Assembly (NCBI GenBank): GCA_041548245.1
Contig: JBFESZ010000019.1
Span: forward strand, 1 to 27,504
Length of the DNA: 27,504 nucleotides
Origin: Sulfurimonadaceae bacterium
Lineage (GTDB): Bacteria; Campylobacterota; Campylobacteria; Campylobacterales; Sulfurimonadaceae
Direction: 5' to 3'
A program made the position numbers and the translations under genes. The notes beneath the pieces are model-generated. The model searched no databases and was not told the DNA's origin. It worked only from the letters and a program-made list of their open reading frames with translations. This document shows, one piece after another, positions 26,228 through 27,504 of this stretch. Each line of letters opens with the position of its first letter. Within the stretch, counting starts at the first letter, position 1.

Positions 26228-26254
26228 TAAAGTATAAAGAGAATCTACCGATAC
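26228..26254 (+). promoter_or_regulatory. Candidate sigma28 (FliA) promoter
   Basis: TAAA(GTAT)-N15-ACCGATAC matches the consensus TAAA-N15-GCCGATAA with exact spacing, ending about 35 nt before ATG 26289. Confidence 0.65.
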
Positions 26255-26288
26255 TTTATATAAGCTTATCGCAAAAGAGGGATGTTCT

Positions 26289-26819
26289 ATGATCAAAGCG
26301 ACACAAAATTTAAAACTTTATCACTCTGTCCAGACGCAAAAGAGTTCAAGATCCGAAGAGGTTGATGCGATAAAAGAAGCGTATAAAGAGTCCCAGGCAA
26401 AGAGATTTGCTCAGATGATGGCTGAAGTACAATCATTAATAAGCGGAAAAGTCGAAGGGCAGAGTTTTGAAGTACAATATCAGCAGTTTCAAGATTTTCT
26501 AGAGGGTATCGGGTATGAGGGGAAAAATCTTGCCTCATTATCACAAGACGAGGCAAAAGAACTGGTCAGTGAGGAAGGATTTTTCGGTATCAGACAGACG
26601 TCTGAACGTATTGCACAGTTTGTGATTTCAGGTGCGAATGGAGATGAAGCGCTACTTCGTGAAGGTAGAAAAGGCATATTACAAGGTCTTCAAGAGGCGG
26701 AAGAGATCTGGGGTGAGAAGTTGCCTGAACTGTCTTATGAGACGATCAAGAAAGCTGTTGGCATGATAGATCAGGCTTTGATTGATGGCGGATTCTCTGT
26801 GATTGACGAGAAGGTATAA
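26289..26819 (+). CDS. Hypothetical helical protein (DUF5610-like)
   Basis: GAGGGA RBS. LVSEEGFFG..QTSERIA.F and G..EAE..WG..LP..SY.T form a pattern I recall from conserved Campylobacterota proteins. Confidence 0.65.
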   Translation: MIKATQNLKLYHSVQTQKSSRSEEVDAIKEAYKESQAKRFAQMMAEVQSLISGKVEGQSFEVQYQQFQDFLEGIGYEGKNLASLSQDEAKELVSEEGFFGIRQTSERIAQFVISGANGDEALLREGRKGILQGLQEAEEIWGEKLPELSYETIKKAVGMIDQALIDGGFSVIDEKV

Positions 26820-26839
26820 AGAGGAAATATCCTCTTTTT
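26818..26839. terminator. Bidirectional terminator hairpin between convergent genes
   Basis: AAAGAGGA-AATA-TCCTCTTT followed by TT. Confidence 0.6.
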
Positions 26840-27504
26840 ATATGATTATATTTTTGATAATGTAAAAGACTAAAGCGGCAATCCCTGCTGCAGCAGGAAC
26901 GGTGATAAGCCAAGCGGCAACAATTCTCATGATGGCAGAGCGTTTTACATATTTTGCTTTTTTGGCACGCTTGAGCTGTTTTTTCTCTATTTGAATCTTT
27001 TCATCTTCTTCTTCGATGAGTATCTTCAGTTCTTCAATACGGGCCTTGTCCGTATCTGACTTTATCTCAAGCGCTTTAAGCTCTTTCAGTTCAGATTTAT
27101 AACACTTTTTAATTTTTTTGTCTTCATTCAGCTGTGCCTCTTCGGCCTCGATTCTTTCCTGTTCGGTAGTAGTTGAAAGGTATTCTCTTAAGAAACCGAC
27201 ACCAAAGATTCCGCCAATCGCTATATGTGTCGAAGAGACTGGAAGACCGAGCTGTGACGCTATGATAACGGTAATTGCAGCCGACATGGCTACAGAATAG
27301 GCACGGATCTGATTGAGCTGGGTTATCTCAGAACCGACGGTTCTGATCAGTTTAGGGCCATAGAGCGCAAGACCTAAAGAGATCCCCAGCGCACCTACCA
27401 GCATGACCCATAGAGGAATGGCCGCTTTCGACGCGATTACTGAACTCTTAACGGCATCGGCTATGGCAGCTAAAGGACCGACGGCATTGGCGACATCATT
27501 CGCA
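26838..27504 (-). CDS. Inorganic phosphate transporter (PiT family), 5'-truncated by the window edge
   Basis: The frame is open to the window end with ANDVANAVGP. GLPVSSTHIAIGG and AWLITVP motifs; charged coiled-coil loop. Confidence 0.92.
   Translation of the reverse strand, partial: ANDVANAVGPLAAIADAVKSSVIASKAAIPLWVMLVGALGISLGLALYGPKLIRTVGSEITQLNQIRAYSVAMSAAITVIIASQLGLPVSSTHIAIGGIFGVGFLREYLSTTTEQERIEAEEAQLNEDKKIKKCYKSELKELKALEIKSDTDKARIEELKILIEEEDEKIQIEKKQLKRAKKAKYVKRSAIMRIVAAWLITVPAAAGIAALVFYIIKNIII

Noticed and set aside
26940-27180. Charged coiled-coil insertion in the PiT transporter
   Set aside because: In-frame and without repeats or intein motifs; variable hydrophilic loops are common in this family.

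Overview
A mostly core-genome segment from a Campylobacterota (epsilonproteobacterial) bacterium, probably Sulfurimonas/Sulfuricurvum-like. This is inferred from hobA, the CheA-receiver/cheW arrangement, the gene order and the promoter style. Housekeeping genes in order: cheA(partial)-cheW, metF divergent from serB, rpsF-ssb-rpsR, HDOD-rnr-holA, ilvC, clpS, minDE-polysaccharide deacetylase-dprA, EAL-HDOD, hemW/tatB-tatC-queA, rppH-lysC-hobA-holB-folP, and a partial PiT transporter. An accessory block at about 2.5-7.1 kb encodes a stand-alone sigma-region-4-like HTH protein, a secreted small protein, a cytochrome c ending in a Cys-Gly tail, a secreted beta-propeller fused to a ZorB/MotB-type OmpA domain behind a candidate sigma54 promoter, and an ankyrin protein. 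Signals outside the ORF track: a 32-aa hydrophobic sORF antisense between hemW and tatB with an upstream hairpin, a sigma54 motif upstream of minDE, a sigma28 motif upstream of the gene at 26289, a probable AUU start for hemW, an expanded S6:S18 leader RNA, an internal beta-subunit start in aspartokinase, and an orphan ClpS with an altered binding pocket. No mobile element, CRISPR array, tRNA or rRNA was seen. All family assignments come from motif recognition, not database searches.
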